Origin: the human T2T-CHM13v2.0 reference genome, Homo sapiens
Reading direction: 5' to 3' (one strand)
Length of the DNA: 64,000 nt
NCBI RefSeq assembly: GCF_009914755.1
Contig: NC_060945.1
The notes below the pieces were generated by a model. It did not search any database. It saw nothing but the letters and a program-made list of their open reading frames with translations, and was not told where the DNA came from. Positions 1 through 16,679 of the stretch are shown one piece after another (position 1 is the stretch's first letter; every line of letters begins with the position of its first letter). Position numbers and translations under genes: made by a program.

Positions 1-42
1 TGTATATATGTATATATGTATATATGTGTATATATATATGTA

Positions 43-76
<34 letters not shown>

Positions 77-87
77 CATATATATAT
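1..87. repeat. (TA)n/(TG)n microsatellite at the tail position of the adjacent minus-strand Alu
   Basis: tgtatatatgtatata...tatatatt directly abuts the Alu 3' end. Confidence 0.9.
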
Positions 88-369
88 TGAGATGGAGGCT
101 TGCTCTGTCACCAGACTGGAGTGCAGTAGTGGGGCGATCTTGGCTCACTGCAAACTCTGCCTCCCAGGTTCAAGGATTCTCCTGCCTCAGCCTCCTAAGT
201 AGCTGGGATTACAGGCACCTGCCGCCACACTTAGTGAATTTTTATATTTTTAGTAGAGACGGGGTTTCACCAAGTTGGCCAGGATGGTCTCTATCTCTTG
301 ACCTCGTGATCTGCCTGCCTCAGCCTCCCAAAGTGCTGGGATTACAGGTGTGAGCCACCGTGCCCAGCC
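88..369 (-). mobile_element. Alu SINE (AluSc-like)
   Basis: Reverse-complement Alu: gctctgtcaccagactggagtgcag...cccaaagtgctgggattacaggtgtgagccaccgtgcccagcc. Confidence 0.95.
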
Positions 370-548
370 CGATTTTAACCAGTCTTAAGTGTGCAGTTAT
401 TGGCATTAAGTGCATTCATGTTGTTGTACAACCATCACCACCATCCATCTCTAGAACATTCTCATCATCCCGAAGTGAAACTCTGTACCCAGTAAGCAAT
501 AAGCCCTCATTCCTCTCTACCCCAGCCTCTGGCAACCACCAAACTACC

Positions 549-845
549 TTTTTTTTTTTCTTTTTTCTGACAGGGTCTCCCTCTGTCGCCCAGGTTGGAG
601 TACAGTGGCATGATCAAAGTTCACTGAAAGCTTGAACTCCCAGATTCGAGTGATCCAACCCACCTCAGCCTCCCTAGTAGTTGGGACTACGGGTATGTTC
701 CACCACACCTGACTTTTCTTTTTAAAGTAGAGATGAGGTCTCACTATGTTGTCTAGCCTGGTCTTGAACTCTTGGGCTGAAGCGATCCTCCTGCCTTATC
801 CTTCCAAGATGTTGGGATTACAGGAATGAGCCACTGAGCCTGACT
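549..845 (-). mobile_element. Alu SINE (AluJ-like)
   Basis: Poly-T then gacagggtctccctctgtcgcccagg...gggctgaagcgatcctcctgcc (J-type left arm). Confidence 0.9.
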
Positions 846-909
846 ATCATTCTACTTTGTTTCTATGAATTTTACTGATCTAGGTATCTCATGTAAGTGC
901 AATCATATA

Positions 910-1905
910 TAAGGGAGGAAAAATATTTTTCCTCCACCCTTCTAATTTCTTGGCTGGGGCTCTTGTACCAAAAGACAGATTAACAAGAGAAAAGCATACA
1001 CATTTACTTAACATAAGTTTTATATGACACAGAAAAAATGGACTTTTCTGGAAGTAACTTGATATAACTAGGAGCCTTTGTAAGGAAATAAAGACCTGAA
1101 GAAACAGTTAAACGTATGTCTTTGTATATTAGGTTTGTCAAAAGACTAAATTACAACAAATTAGGTTTTATATTAAGTTTATCAGAGGACTACAACCAAT
1201 TTATAGATTTAATTGGCTTTTATTCATGATTCATGAATCTGGGCACCTTTCACTCTACAAAACAGAATGAGAGTTCCCACTGGGCAATAGCAGAACCACA
1301 GGTTTTATGAGGTAGCAACAAGGAAACAGAATAGAAAAACCTGATTGGTTAACATCAAGCTACTTCAGTTACTTTTTTGTAATGGTTAAAGCAGAGGGGA
1401 CTTCCTTCTTCCACTGATTCAAGTAGACTGGAATCTCATGTTTTCAGGAAAAACTGGTCGTTTGGGGATCTGCTTCCTTAAAGTTTCAGTTTGATGACAC
1501 AGCATGTAGCATAAGAAATTCCATTTTGGTTTGGTATGATCTGTTGAAGGCTAGTGCAGGAGCTCAGCCCAAAAGAATGGCCTCTCATAATTTTTAACAG
1601 TTTGATAAAAAGTGGAGAGAAGCAGAAAATTGTGAGAGGACAAAAAGGGGTAGGAGCTAAGTGTAGTAAACTGGGAGGAACAGCAGGACCTATCATTCAG
1701 ATTCCTCTCAGCATTATCTTCAGAGAGAAGGATACTCCTTCCTCCAGGGACAGGGACGACATCTCTCACCCAAGGGCCTTGTGACCTGCATCAGAGAAGA
1801 GGGTGGGAAGGTCAGAGTGTCCTTCCTATCATTTCTGAGATTCCTTCAGCTTCAAACATTCAATAAGCTAAGGTGGCTATTTTGGAGATTATCAAGAAGC
1901 TGATC
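910..1905. mobile_element. ERV-class LTR-like sequence, possibly two nested LTRs; family not resolved
   Basis: Interrupts the L1M; aaaagacagattaacaagagaaaagcatac resembles MER-type ERV1 LTRs (from memory). Confidence 0.45.
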
Positions 1906-2323
1906 ACATAAAATACTTTTCTTTGGTGACTGGTTTATTTCACTTGGCATAATGTCTTCCATGTTCATCCATGGTGTAGCATGTGTCAGAATTGCCTTTC
2001 TCTGTAAGCCTGAATAGTATTCTACTGCATATAGTGTGTATATACCATATTTTGTTTATTCATTTGCAGATAGACACTTGGCTTGCTTCCACCTTTAGGC
2101 TATTATGGATAATGCAACGGTATATTTTAACTACAGATCTTTTTACACCAAATAGACATAAACAATCAAAAGAATTTATCCTAGGCCCACAGAGAAGGCA
2201 GATGGGGTCCCTGATCGATTACAGGGGTTCTCTTTTTAAAATGACTTCTTCATAAACCTATGTGAGGGGAATACTGACAGTACCTACTTTTTATAGATGG
2301 AAATTCTATTTAAGAGCTCTCAT

Positions 2324-2617
<294 letters not shown>

Positions 2618-2817
2618 TTCTCATTACTTTCTCATATTACACAGAGGAGCTAAATATGACAATTAACTAAACTGAAGAAAGACAAACTGCTAATCTCAAG
2701 CAGTTATTACAAACTGTCAAGTTAATATAGACAGCAATCTGCAGTTTGAAAATGCCAATCACTGCAAATCACAGGGAAAACATCTGTGCTTCAGTGGGAA
2801 CACTACACATTGTTTAG

Positions 2818-3120
<303 letters not shown>

Positions 3121-3471
3121 CCTTTAAGGTTTTCTAGTCTAGCCTTTCACCTGTTTTATGGTATGTGAAGTTGAAAAGAACTGATAATGCAAATGACTCT
3201 TGTTTATAAACATGCAAATCAACCTGCCTTGAAAAGACAATCCTTCTCCATGTGGCAAAGCCACTTATGCATCAATTTCCAGTTTATTTCAGTATTCTGA
3301 GTAATAGATGTGTCCATCCCTTTGGGTTCCCTTTTGAACTGGTTGTAACATCTCACTGCTCACTTCATTAATAAAATATTTAACATTTATATCTATATGA
3401 GTGATAGTTTTTCCTGTTTTTGAAAAGTTACCCTTTAACAAATATAACATGCACAGGTGAGATAATGCCAT

Positions 3472-3617
3472 GCTTCTCAAAGTGTGGCCTGTGGAAGGAG
3501 CAGCCTGGCGCTCCCTCGCAGTATTTTTGACAGAAATGCAGACCACTGGGCCCCACCTCAGGTGTGTGGAGTTGTAGCCGGATCCCTTTCACTGACACAT
3601 TAAAGTTAGAGCCACCC
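3472..3617. mobile_element. MER5-like hAT DNA transposon remnant
   Basis: gcttctcaaagtgtgg...agaaatgcaga...gggccccacctcag...aaagttagagccac. Confidence 0.5.
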
Positions 3618-4779
3618 TAAGTTAATACACATCACTGACTGGCCTCAAGGAATAGGAGTGTTGGATCTATCAGTCTCTCCCAACCATTCCTTTCGCTTTG
3701 CCAAGTGCTTTCTGCCTGCCAAGCTCACTCTTGGATCAGATGGGGCCTCCCTGCCAGCAGTTCTACCTCATCTCCTCCACACCTAAGTCAACTCAGGAGT
3801 TCACAGACCTCACTTCTGATCTCCACCGCCCCTCCTCCCCTTCTCCGGTGACTCAAACCTTCAGGCAGTGAAAATAAGGAGACTCACAAACTAGGAGACT
3901 AGAGCTTCAGACCACACATTTTCCACTGAGCCAATACCTGAGCAAAAACTAGTTTTCTGGAGTTGGGTGGATGAGGAAGATTTGATATTGAAAGTGTCCT
4001 TGGTGGCATTTCAAAGCTCAACATCATCTAACAAAAATTTTATTCCTTTATCATTTCTGTTAGGGAATGTTTAGTTTTTCCTCTTTGATAATGAAAATTT
4101 GGTTAACAAACACTGCTTTGGACCAATCTTCCTTTTCACAAATCACTGAGGTGTGTCTATCCACAAGTTCTCAGTCCAGCCTACGTTTTCCAGTCTTCCA
4201 TTTACCTATTCAACTAATACCTGAATGCCTGTCATGTGTCGGCCCTGTGAACATGCTGGTGACAGTGTGAGCAGGCAGGGCTGGTTCCTGTCCTCATGAA
4301 GCTTATACTACCTGAGGCTGGGGTGTAGAAATCGACACGTTAAAAAGGCCACTGAGACTTTAAAAATATATATATATAAGGCATACAAAGATGTTGAGCT
4401 GGAGCTTTGGAAAATGAAGAAAAAGTAATACAAATTTAAAATGTGACATCGAGGAATGAAGACCATCACTTAACATATCCTATGTTTCAAAAATCTAATG
4501 TCCATAGGAAGTTGTCTGGGAGGTGGGCAGGGTTTCATACTGTAATGAGTATTTAGAAAGTTTAGAAGAGTTCTAATGGTTCTTAATTTAAGAATTATAA
4601 GAGGTAGATTCAGGTAGAGAGAGATTCCCATGATATTCACTGCTGGGTGGAGAAGGAGATCCATCCCCCTCCACTCACAAACATCCTCTTTGTGTTTTTA
4701 CTCAACAGTCCTTCATTTAGCTGATCCATCTGTATTTATATTTGTTCTCTTCCGGATTTGTTTCATAGTCAATATCAAG

Positions 4780-5000
4780 TGATTTTGTGTAAACTGCCTG
4801 GTCTTGACAGGCCAGGCACGAAGGTAGGCACCATTCACACAGCATTGCATTTAATCTTCACAAGACCCCTGCAAGGTGGGTCTCAGCCTCCCCTGATACA
4901 GGTGAAGCAGGAGGCTGAGGGCTGCTACAACTTGCCCCCAGTCCCAGAGCTGGTACACAGCAACCCAGATTGACGGATTCCAATACCCATCCATGCTGCC
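4780..5000. mobile_element. MIR SINE remnant
   Basis: catttaatcttcacaagaccct...gaggctgag...aacttgcccc..gtcccagagctggt, resembling the MIR core. Confidence 0.55.
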
Positions 5001-5630
5001 TTGCCTAACCATGATGTTGGTGCCAAAATTTTGTAAATTAACCCGAGTTTATCTAAAATTAACTCAAAGTTAACATACGCTATTTGGAAGTGGTGGTGGC
5101 AATGACTTATCAGAGAACTTTTAAGAGAAACAGCTGGGGCAAACGAGCCTGCCTCACGCTGAAGTTATCTGTAATCAAGATGCCAACTGATTAGTGAATG
5201 AAGCTGAGCGCCAGGACTCACGACAGCTGTCTGTTTCATAAACACGCCCTCGTTCCTCCTTTTGGCCGACTACTAAAGGGTTTAGGGGTCACACAGCGTT
5301 TAGATGTTATGCAGAATGAGCAACAAGCAAAATGTAGGTGTAATCAGATAAGAGTGGAGAATTACCAGTATCTTTACAATCAACTGTTAGGCATTTCTGT
5401 TGATAATCACCAATTCAGAACAGCAAGGACTGAGAAGCCACAAGATTCCCTTAACAGGCCTCATCCACTTGCATAGTTTTGTTTTCAGGAAACAAAAATT
5501 ATGTTATGTGGGCTCACAGTCAATAGATTTTTGTTCCGGTTTGTATTTCCATGATACATAATTAAGTTTTGTGGTTTGAGGTTGAAAGAATTTTGAATGT
5601 GTATGCTAACACTGACTCACATTAAAGCTA

Positions 5631-5954
<324 letters not shown>

Positions 5955-6077
5955 TTAAGTAGAAGATTGAATATTTTAACCAAGGGTGTAAACTATTAAC
6001 CAGGATATTTAAAAAGCAATGAAATGAAGTTGCTGACATTTTTAAGAGAGCTGTTTCTTTCCCTAAAGTTTTAATAT

Positions 6078-6080
<3 letters not shown>

Positions 6081-6111
<31 letters not shown>
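6081..6111. repeat. (CA)n microsatellite
   Basis: ~15 perfect CA units. Confidence 0.95.
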
Positions 6112-6116
<5 letters not shown>

Positions 6117-7064
6117 TTGGGTGGTGCCAATAAAAAGGAAACAAAAATAAAATGGAGAAATGGAGGTAATGATGACCCCAAGCTAAAGGAAGAGGAGGAG
6201 GGGGGTAGATATATGTTATTTTCATTCTTTCCTATTTCACTCTTCACTGGAAAAGCACTTGAGTTACAGTTTCTGATTCTGTTAGTCCTTCAATATGGTA
6301 AAACAAAGAGGTTTATCTCATGTGCAAATAATCAATGAGGAGTGGCTGCCTCCAAGAGCCTGGGTAATGTTGACCTTAGTGGGAAGGATCTGAATCAGCT
6401 GCCAGGGTCACACACGTGCTGTGTGTTTGTTGATCCCGCCTTATGTTAACCAGTCAACATCAAAAACTATCAGGGCATTGCTAGGCAACCGCTTCTTCAG
6501 TCTTCACTAGTCAATTATTGTGATTAGGATATTTTGTTTTCCTAAACGGAACTTGATAGATGGATAGAATGGATTCTACATCGCATATTTTTCCCCTCTA
6601 TCACGCACAGATGCCGTTGAGTATATCATCTCCTCCTTCTGTGCAGGGAGCCCGCCCTATGTAAGGTTAACAGGAAGGATGCAAAGGTATGCAGTGTAGA
6701 AAAAAATAGAAATAAGGACCCAGGCATAACTCTGAAGGAGCTTCTAACCATGTTGTGCAGATGAGGAAGACTCAATAATTAGTAAGTTATCCAAATAAAT
6801 TAGGGCTTTTTACTAGCAGAACAGTAAAAATTCTAAGTTTGGTAACACACTGAGTTGAGGAGGCTGTGGGAAAGAGGCATTCACTCATATTGCTGCTAGA
6901 AGTATAAACTGGTATAACCCATCTAGAGGAGAGTGATTTACCAATTATCAAAACTAACTACCTCATCCACATCTAGACATTTATTCTGCAGATATACTTG
7001 CCCAAATGCAAAATGTCAGATACACATTGTTTCTTGCAGCTTTGCTTATAATTGTAAAAATAGC

Positions 7065-7812
<748 letters not shown>

Positions 7813-8708
7813 ATAGCAAACGTCTGGAAACAAACAGGATGTCCATCAGCAGTGGACTGATTCAATAAATTATGATAAATTCATACAACAGAATACAGTT
7901 GTTTAAAATATGAGAAAATATATTATGTACTAAACAGAATACTCACCAAAATATAATGTTAGGTGAAAAAAGCAAAGTACAGAACAGACACAGGAATGCA
8001 CTATACATAATTTGCTTGTATATATGAGGTTTAAACTATCTCTGGAATGATATACCAGAAATTAATCATGGTGGTTACCTGTAGGACAGGAAGAAGGTGC
8101 TGGCATTGCAAGAATGAGACTTTTCACTAACACTCTTTCATAACTTTTTATCTTAGAAACTTGTAACTATATTACTTATCCAAAAAGTAAAATAATAAAG
8201 TCTAGAAAGAGTAAAAACAAAACAAAGTGTAAAAAAAGTTATAGATGGGGGATAAGTACCCATTGTAGGACTATTTATGCTAGAGCTGTACAATTTTTAA
8301 AAATGAGAAGTATGTATATGTTACCAGGAATGCCAGGATATATGATCAAGTGACTGAAAACTGTGAGCAAAATAAAAAACAGAAAAAAGAAACAAACCCA
8401 CAAGTGCTTCAGGTATTAGAATTATCAGACATGAACTTTAAAGTCATTGGTAATATTATCAAACCTAGGTTTAAATAACTAGTAGTTTTTTTTTTATCTT
8501 GGTGCTAGTTACAGAGGTTTATTTACTTTGTGATAATTCATCCACCTGTACATTTAAGATGGCACACTTTCAGGTATATTATACTTCAATAAAATTTTAC
8601 AAAAGTAGAAATCTTGTGAGATTTGACTAAATCTGGGGTGGGGGGAATCTATAAACGTAAACACATGTATTTGAAAACAAAACAAAAAAACTACTGAAAA
8701 ACTGATAT

Positions 8709-9023
8709 GATAGGTGTGGTGGCTCACATGTATAATCCCAACATTTTGGAAGGCCAAGGCAGGAGGTTTGCTTGAGGCCAGAACTTCAATACCAGCCCAG
8801 GCAACATAGTGAGACCTGTCACAGCAAAAAAAAAAAAAAAAAAAAAAAATTAATTGGGCATGGTGACACACACCTGTAGTCCCAGCTACTTGGAAGGCTG
8901 AGGAGGGAGGATTGGATCACTTGAGCTCAGTAATTTAAGGCTGCTATGAGCTACAATTCATCACTGCACTATAGCCTGAGTGACACAGTAAGACCCTGTC
9001 TCAAAAAAAAGAAAAAGAAAAAA
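8709..9023 (+). mobile_element. Alu SINE (AluJ-like)
   Basis: gcttgaggccagaacttc...gcaacatagtgagacc...long middle A run...gtaagaccctgtctc + A-tail. Confidence 0.88.
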
Positions 9024-9764
9024 ACTCCAATGATCTAAGCATCCATCTCAAAAATCCCAGCAAATTAAGCTGAATGAAATTAAAATGATGGAGATAATAA
9101 GGATAAAAGCTGAAATCAATGAATAAAAAACCAAAGACATAATAGAGAAAATATAAAAAGCCAAAGCTGTTTCTTTGAAAACAGTATTCCAGTTGCTAAT
9201 CTCTGTGGCAGCCAGGCTCCAAAATGGCCCCCGGTGATTTTCACTTCTGCTATCCATGCCTTGTGCAGTTCTCTCTCATATTAAATATGGCTGACCTGTG
9301 TTATCAAAAAGCTAGTTCAAATTTCCTAGGCTAGATTATAAAACACATGGCAGCTTCCACCTTGCTCACCCTGGGTGAAAGTAGCTACCATACTGCAAGG
9401 ACATTCAAGCAACCCTACGGAGCTTAATGCATTACATTACAGAGGTCTCCTGCTAACAGACAGCATTGACTTGCTAGCCATGTTAAGTGAGCCATCTTGA
9501 AATTGGATGCCCTAGCCTCAGTCAAGCCTTCGGATGACTGCAGGCTTAATCAACATATTGACCAAGACAGAACCACCCAGGTAAAGCATTTCTCAAATCA
9601 GGACCCACAGAAGCTCTATATTAGTTTGCTATTTTTGTATAACAAATGAACATCTCAGGAAATATACATATATTGTCTAGTATATTTTCTCTTATACAGT
9701 TTCTGTGGGTCAGGATTTCATTTAAGAAAATACATGTTTATTCTTTTTTAAGTGGTTTACTTCC

Positions 9765-10236
9765 TTTTTTTAAAATTTATTTTTTATTTCAATAGGTTTT
9801 TGGGGAACCGATGGTGTTTGGTTACATGAATAACTTCTTTAGTGGTGATTTCTGAGATTTTAGTGCACCCATCACTCGAGCAGGGTACACTGTACCCAAT
9901 GTGTAGTCTTTTCTCCCTCATCCCCCTCCCACCCTTTCCCCTGGGTCCCCAGAATCAATTGTATCATTCTTATGCCTTTGCATCTTCATAGCTTTGCTCC
10001 CACCTATGAGTGAGAACATATGATATTTGGTTTTCCATTCCTGAGTTACTTCACATAGAACAAGTCTCCAATTCCATCCAGATTGCTGCAAATGCCATTA
10101 TTTTGTTCCTTTTTATGGCTGAGTAGTATTCCATGCTACATATATACCATATTTTCTTTATCCATTTGTTCACTGATGGGCATTTGAACTGATTCCATAT
10201 TTTTTTCAGTTGCAGATTGTGCTGCTATAAACATAT
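9765..10236 (-). mobile_element. L1PB-like LINE-1 3' end
   Basis: ttttatttcaataggtttttggggaac...gagtgagaacatatgatatttggttttccattcctgagttact...ttttatggctgagtagtattcc. Confidence 0.8.
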
Positions 10237-10243
10237 GAGAAAA

Positions 10244-10605
<362 letters not shown>

Positions 10606-10915
10606 TCACTGCATAGGGTCTCACAAGGTTGCAGGCAAGGCGTCAGCTGAGCTAGGTTCAAGCTCATTCATGTTGTTGACAAAATTCATTTCCTTATGTC
10701 TGTATGATTGTGTAGATATGTTTTTTATTGGGTATTGGCTGGAGGCCACCCTCAGGTCCTAGACACCACCTGCTGTTGGGCTTCCTCAATATGGTCACAC
10801 ACTTCCTCAAATCAGCAAGGAGAATCTTGTGTGCATGCCAGCTATATGTCTATCTCATATCCTAATGTATGTCTCTCTCCTCCTCCTCCTCTCCTCTTCC
10901 CTCTCCTTTCTTCTG

Positions 10916-10948
<33 letters not shown>

Positions 10949-11918
10949 CCCAGGAGTAACAACCCATCACATTTGCAATATTATGTCAGTTAGAAACAAG
11001 TCACAGATCCTACCTACACTCACTCGATTTCATCCAAAAGTTTGGGCAGTGATCCCATCCACACTAAAAAAGGAAGAGATCATACAGAGCATAACACCAA
11101 GACATCGAGATCATGGGAAACATCTTAGAAGTCTGCCTATCACAGATAATAAATTCTTGTTGTTGTTTGAAGACATTAAGTTTCAGGTAATTTCTTATGC
11201 AGCAATAGATAACTAATTAGTAAGAGTTGTGCCTAACTAGGCACAAGTTAGAATATAAGGAGTGAAGAGTTATCACTATAGATCCTACAGATACTAAAAA
11301 GATAAGAGTTTGTTTTACTATAAGCAAGCCTATCACAATAAGACAATTTAGATTAAAATGCTGGTAAATTTTATACTTTGTATATTTTACCATGATAAAA
11401 ACATTTTATAAGCATCACTTACCATTTGATCACTTATTAAATGCTAAGTGCTTTACTTACATTTCACTAATCCTTAGAACAACTTTGTTCAGTAAAAATT
11501 ATTCCTGGTTTACAGAGGAGAAAACTGAGGCTCAGAAAGGCTACTCATTTATTTGAGGTCTCACAGCCTTCATAATGTTATTCATGCACTCTTTATGCCC
11601 TACAGAGTTGGAGAAATTGCAGGGGAGAATCTCAGAAATAACTAAAATAATTGAAGATGTAATCAAGAAACAAAATACAGTGTTTGAATAGAGACCAACT
11701 AAAGACGGCTCTGACTGGTTCAGTCTACATATAATTGAAAGGTAAATCACTAGGAAAAGGAAGAAATCTCTAGGTTTCAAGATGAAATAGAAGTCATGAG
11801 AATTCTATAAATTTAAATTCAAGTTCACTGAAGAGAGCTAGGAGTCAGCTACTGTTTGCTACAGATAATATTCAGTAAGGAGCTAACTGCTAATGCACTG
11901 GCCTGGGGAAGTGTTTAA

Positions 11919-12262
<344 letters not shown>

Positions 12263-13217
12263 GCTCCTTCTTTTTTTGTAATGGACCTGGGAGATCTTTA
12301 GGAATGAGGGAAAGTCTCATTTCTTTGAGTAGGGCAGAATATTAAAGACTAGCCAGCCTTCAGGCTTATGGTGGTTGCTGCTATTCTGTTGAACGTAAAC
12401 CATAGCCTTTAGAAAGGAGCAAGTCTTTGTGGGATACACAGGATTTGAAGTGCATCAAAGGGGTGGAAACCCTGCTGACCATGATACCCTCAAGTGAGTT
12501 TTTCCACTGAATTTGATTATTTTCTCATTTGGCACTTCTTTCTGGGCTTTTTAAGCAGCCCCAAAGCTCTAGGTGATTTTACTTTTGTAATTGTATTCTC
12601 TTGGGAATGCTCATTCCTGATTGTTTCAGTAAACAGCCTTGAACTCCTGGCCTCAAGTGATCCTCCCACCTCACCCTCCTGAGTAGTTGGGACTGCAGGC
12701 TGCAGAAACTTCTAAGAGAAATTAGAGGGAACAGAGCCAAGCTCATTTATTGAGATTAAGATAAACTTGATATCAAAACTAGACTTGTCACAGAGAGTGC
12801 AAGAGGCGGGAGTTATCTCCCAAATCCAAGTTCTGCGTCTGGATTATTAGACATGGCCTCACTGTCCTTGATCTGCAAGGAATTTATACTGATTAGAGCA
12901 TTAGTAAAACCTATGTTCTATTCATCATGAAAAGTCATTTTTTAAAGATTCCAGAATTATTAGAGGCAGAAACAAATTGAAAGGTTGTACACTTACACCT
13001 GCTGTTTGAAAAACACAACTTACCAAAGCCAAACAGAAGTAGTATGTAAACTCCTATGTCTAGTAATAGGCAGAATCCATAATTTAAAACTTTCCCACAA
13101 AAACAATTCCCAGTTCCTGATGGCTTCACTGGTGAATTCTTCAATGAAAGGGAAAAGTAACACCAACACTACAGAATTTCTTTTTTAATTTCAGGGACAG
13201 ATTTTTTTTTTTTAATC

Positions 13218-13634
<417 letters not shown>

Positions 13635-13802
13635 AGAAATTTTAAGAGAACAAAAATAAAGGGAACAGAGCCATGCTCATTTTTTGAGATTACAATAAAC
13701 TTGATACCAAAAGTAGTCTAAAAAATTACAAAAAGTAAAACTACAGGCTAATCAGTCACATGAACCCGAGCCCAAAAGTCATTTTTAAAAACAGCACACT
13801 AA

Positions 13803-14655
<853 letters not shown>

Positions 14656-14789
14656 CTAGAGAGGAGTAATACACTAAACTAGCAATGCTAGTTTCAATTT
14701 AGGGTGAATTACTTCAGTAGAGAACCGAAGTACATGCACTAGCCTGAATATGTTAATTTAAATTAAAAAAAAAAAACAAAAACTTAAAA

Positions 14790-14882
14790 AAAATTAGAGA
14801 TGGGGTCTCGACATGTTGCCCGGGCTGAATCCAAACTCCTAGGCTCAAGCTGTCCCCCCCGCCTCAGCTTCCCAAGTAGCTG
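14790..14882 (-). mobile_element. FLAM/Alu monomer fragment
   Basis: tagagatggggtctcg..atgttgcccgggctg..ctcctaggctcaagc..cccaagtagctg. Confidence 0.75.
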
Positions 14883-16185
14883 AATAAGCTAATTAACTTG
14901 TTTTGTTTCTCTCAGGGAGTGCACAACAGGTGGAGGGAGGAGGCAGGTGTGTGGGGATGAGAGCACCTTCCCAAGAAAAGGCCTGGAAGAGTTTATAACA
15001 ACCAGGAAAGGCCTGGGGCACAGCAAAAGGAACTGGCCTTTGCCTCTAGGAGAAAGGAACGCCTCCTCCCTTCTTCCAGCCTCCCTTAAGAAAAATACCC
15101 AAGAATGCCCCCAGCCCTGTGAGCACAGAGCACTGGTGTGAGTTGTTTACTTGTTAATGGGTTTGCACCACTGTCTGCATGTAATGAGTCATTCAGGTCA
15201 TTCTGGGATGATGTTGGTATGCACAAACCCCTCCTTTAATCTGGTTGGCTAGTTCAGAATAGACAAGTTTTAACACTGCTTCCTTCTCCCATCGAGAAGT
15301 AAAGCCCAGGTTCTCAGGAACAGACTCCATCTGGAGACCATGTTTGGTGAACCTGAGATTCGGGAAAGACACGGCTTCAAGCCTCAAGTCGTTTTGCCCC
15401 TTCCTGTGGCTGACAGCATGAGAGGTCAACATCACAATGAATTTTACCATTTTGATGGGGATTTTAAAACGTCACTGTTTAAAAAACGCTGCTTTGAAAA
15501 TTTTTTTAATCTTGATTTATATAAGCATTTATTTCTTGATAAGATTTGAATTATAACCTAATTGATAGACTTAATATTCTTCGGGGCTAAGACTACATGA
15601 GAAAAAAATGTTATACAGATTTTTTAAATGATTCCTGGGCTTAAGGAAAAAATTACTTTTAAATCCTTACCAGTCTCCCAGATAATTAACGAGCAGGTGC
15701 TGCCTGGGAGTGTAAACGTTTTTAGGTCTTATGATCTCGTGGCCGCTTGGTCCCAAAAATAAGATTACTTGCCCCTTTCCTTATTCTTACTGGATAGAAT
15801 GAGACTCGTTTAAAACATCTCGTTTAGATTAGAAAAGAAAATGGGACACCATATTTGTAATCGACCTGACATTTATAAGTACCTGATTTAAATGAACTTT
15901 ACCCAAAGCACACTCCACAAAAGGCACTTCAAGTTTCACTGGAGCACAACCCTTTGTGTTGTAGAATAATGTAGAATAAAATGGCTTTCTTTTTTTAACT
16001 ACACCACAACACTCTTAAGGAAATGAAAGTAGGTAAGGCATCTATCTGTGAACAGCAGTGCTATCCATTCCATGAATGTTTAGGGTTTACTCCATGTTAG
16101 GCACTAGGGACAGGATGGCAAACAGGGCAGACAGTTCCCCTGACCTCTTCCACCACCCTACAGTCGAGTGAAGAAAGTAGATTTT

Positions 16186-16350
16186 TTAAAAATTATTATT
16201 ATACTTTAAGTTTTAGGGTACATGTGCACAATGTGCAGATTACTTACATATGTATACATGTGCCATGCTGGTGTGCTGCACCCATTAACTCATCATTTAG
16301 CATTACGTATATCTCCTAATGCTATCCCTCCCCCCTCCCCCTACCCCACA
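16186..16350 (-). mobile_element. L1PA LINE-1 extreme 3' end
   Basis: tattatactttaagttttagggtacatgtgcacaatgtgcag...gctatccctcccccctcccc matches the primate L1PA 3' terminus. Confidence 0.92.
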
Positions 16351-16620
16351 TTGCTCTTGTCTCCCAGGCTGGAGAACAGTGGTGCTATCTTGGCTCACTG
16401 CAACCTCCGCCTCCTGGGTTCAAGCAATTTTCCTGCCTCAGCCACATGAGTAGCTAGGATTACAGGCGTGCAACACCACACCTGGCTAATTTTGTATTTT
16501 TAGTAGAGATGGGGTTTCGCCAGTTGGCCAGACTGGTCTCAAACCCCTGACCTCAGGTGATCCTCCCGCCTTGGCCTCCCAAAATGCTGGGATTACAGGC
16601 GTGAGCCTCCATGTCCAGCT
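16351..16620 (-). mobile_element. Alu (AluS) lacking its own 3' end and tail, fused to the L1PA 3' end
   Basis: Starts at ttgctcttgtctcccaggctgg with no poly-T, immediately after the L1 sequence. Confidence 0.9.
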
Positions 16621-16679
16621 AGATTTTAAATATTAACAAAATATTATAAGTTCTGATTATTACTATTAAAAGAAAAGCA

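Larger units (their letters stand above)
372..2116 (-). mobile_element. Old L1M (L1MB-like) 3' region in three pieces (~372-547, ~846-909, ~1905-2116), split by an AluJ and an LTR insertion
   Basis: L1M 3'UTR-type text: gttgtacaaccatcaccacc, ccagcctctggcaaccacc, tttcacttggcataatgtcttcc, ttcatccatggtgtagcatgtgtcagaatt; pieces are collinear. Confidence 0.7.

Noticed and set aside
12263-12635. Possible ERV internal fragment
   Set aside because: Only a vague resemblance; no diagnostic motif or ORF I can support
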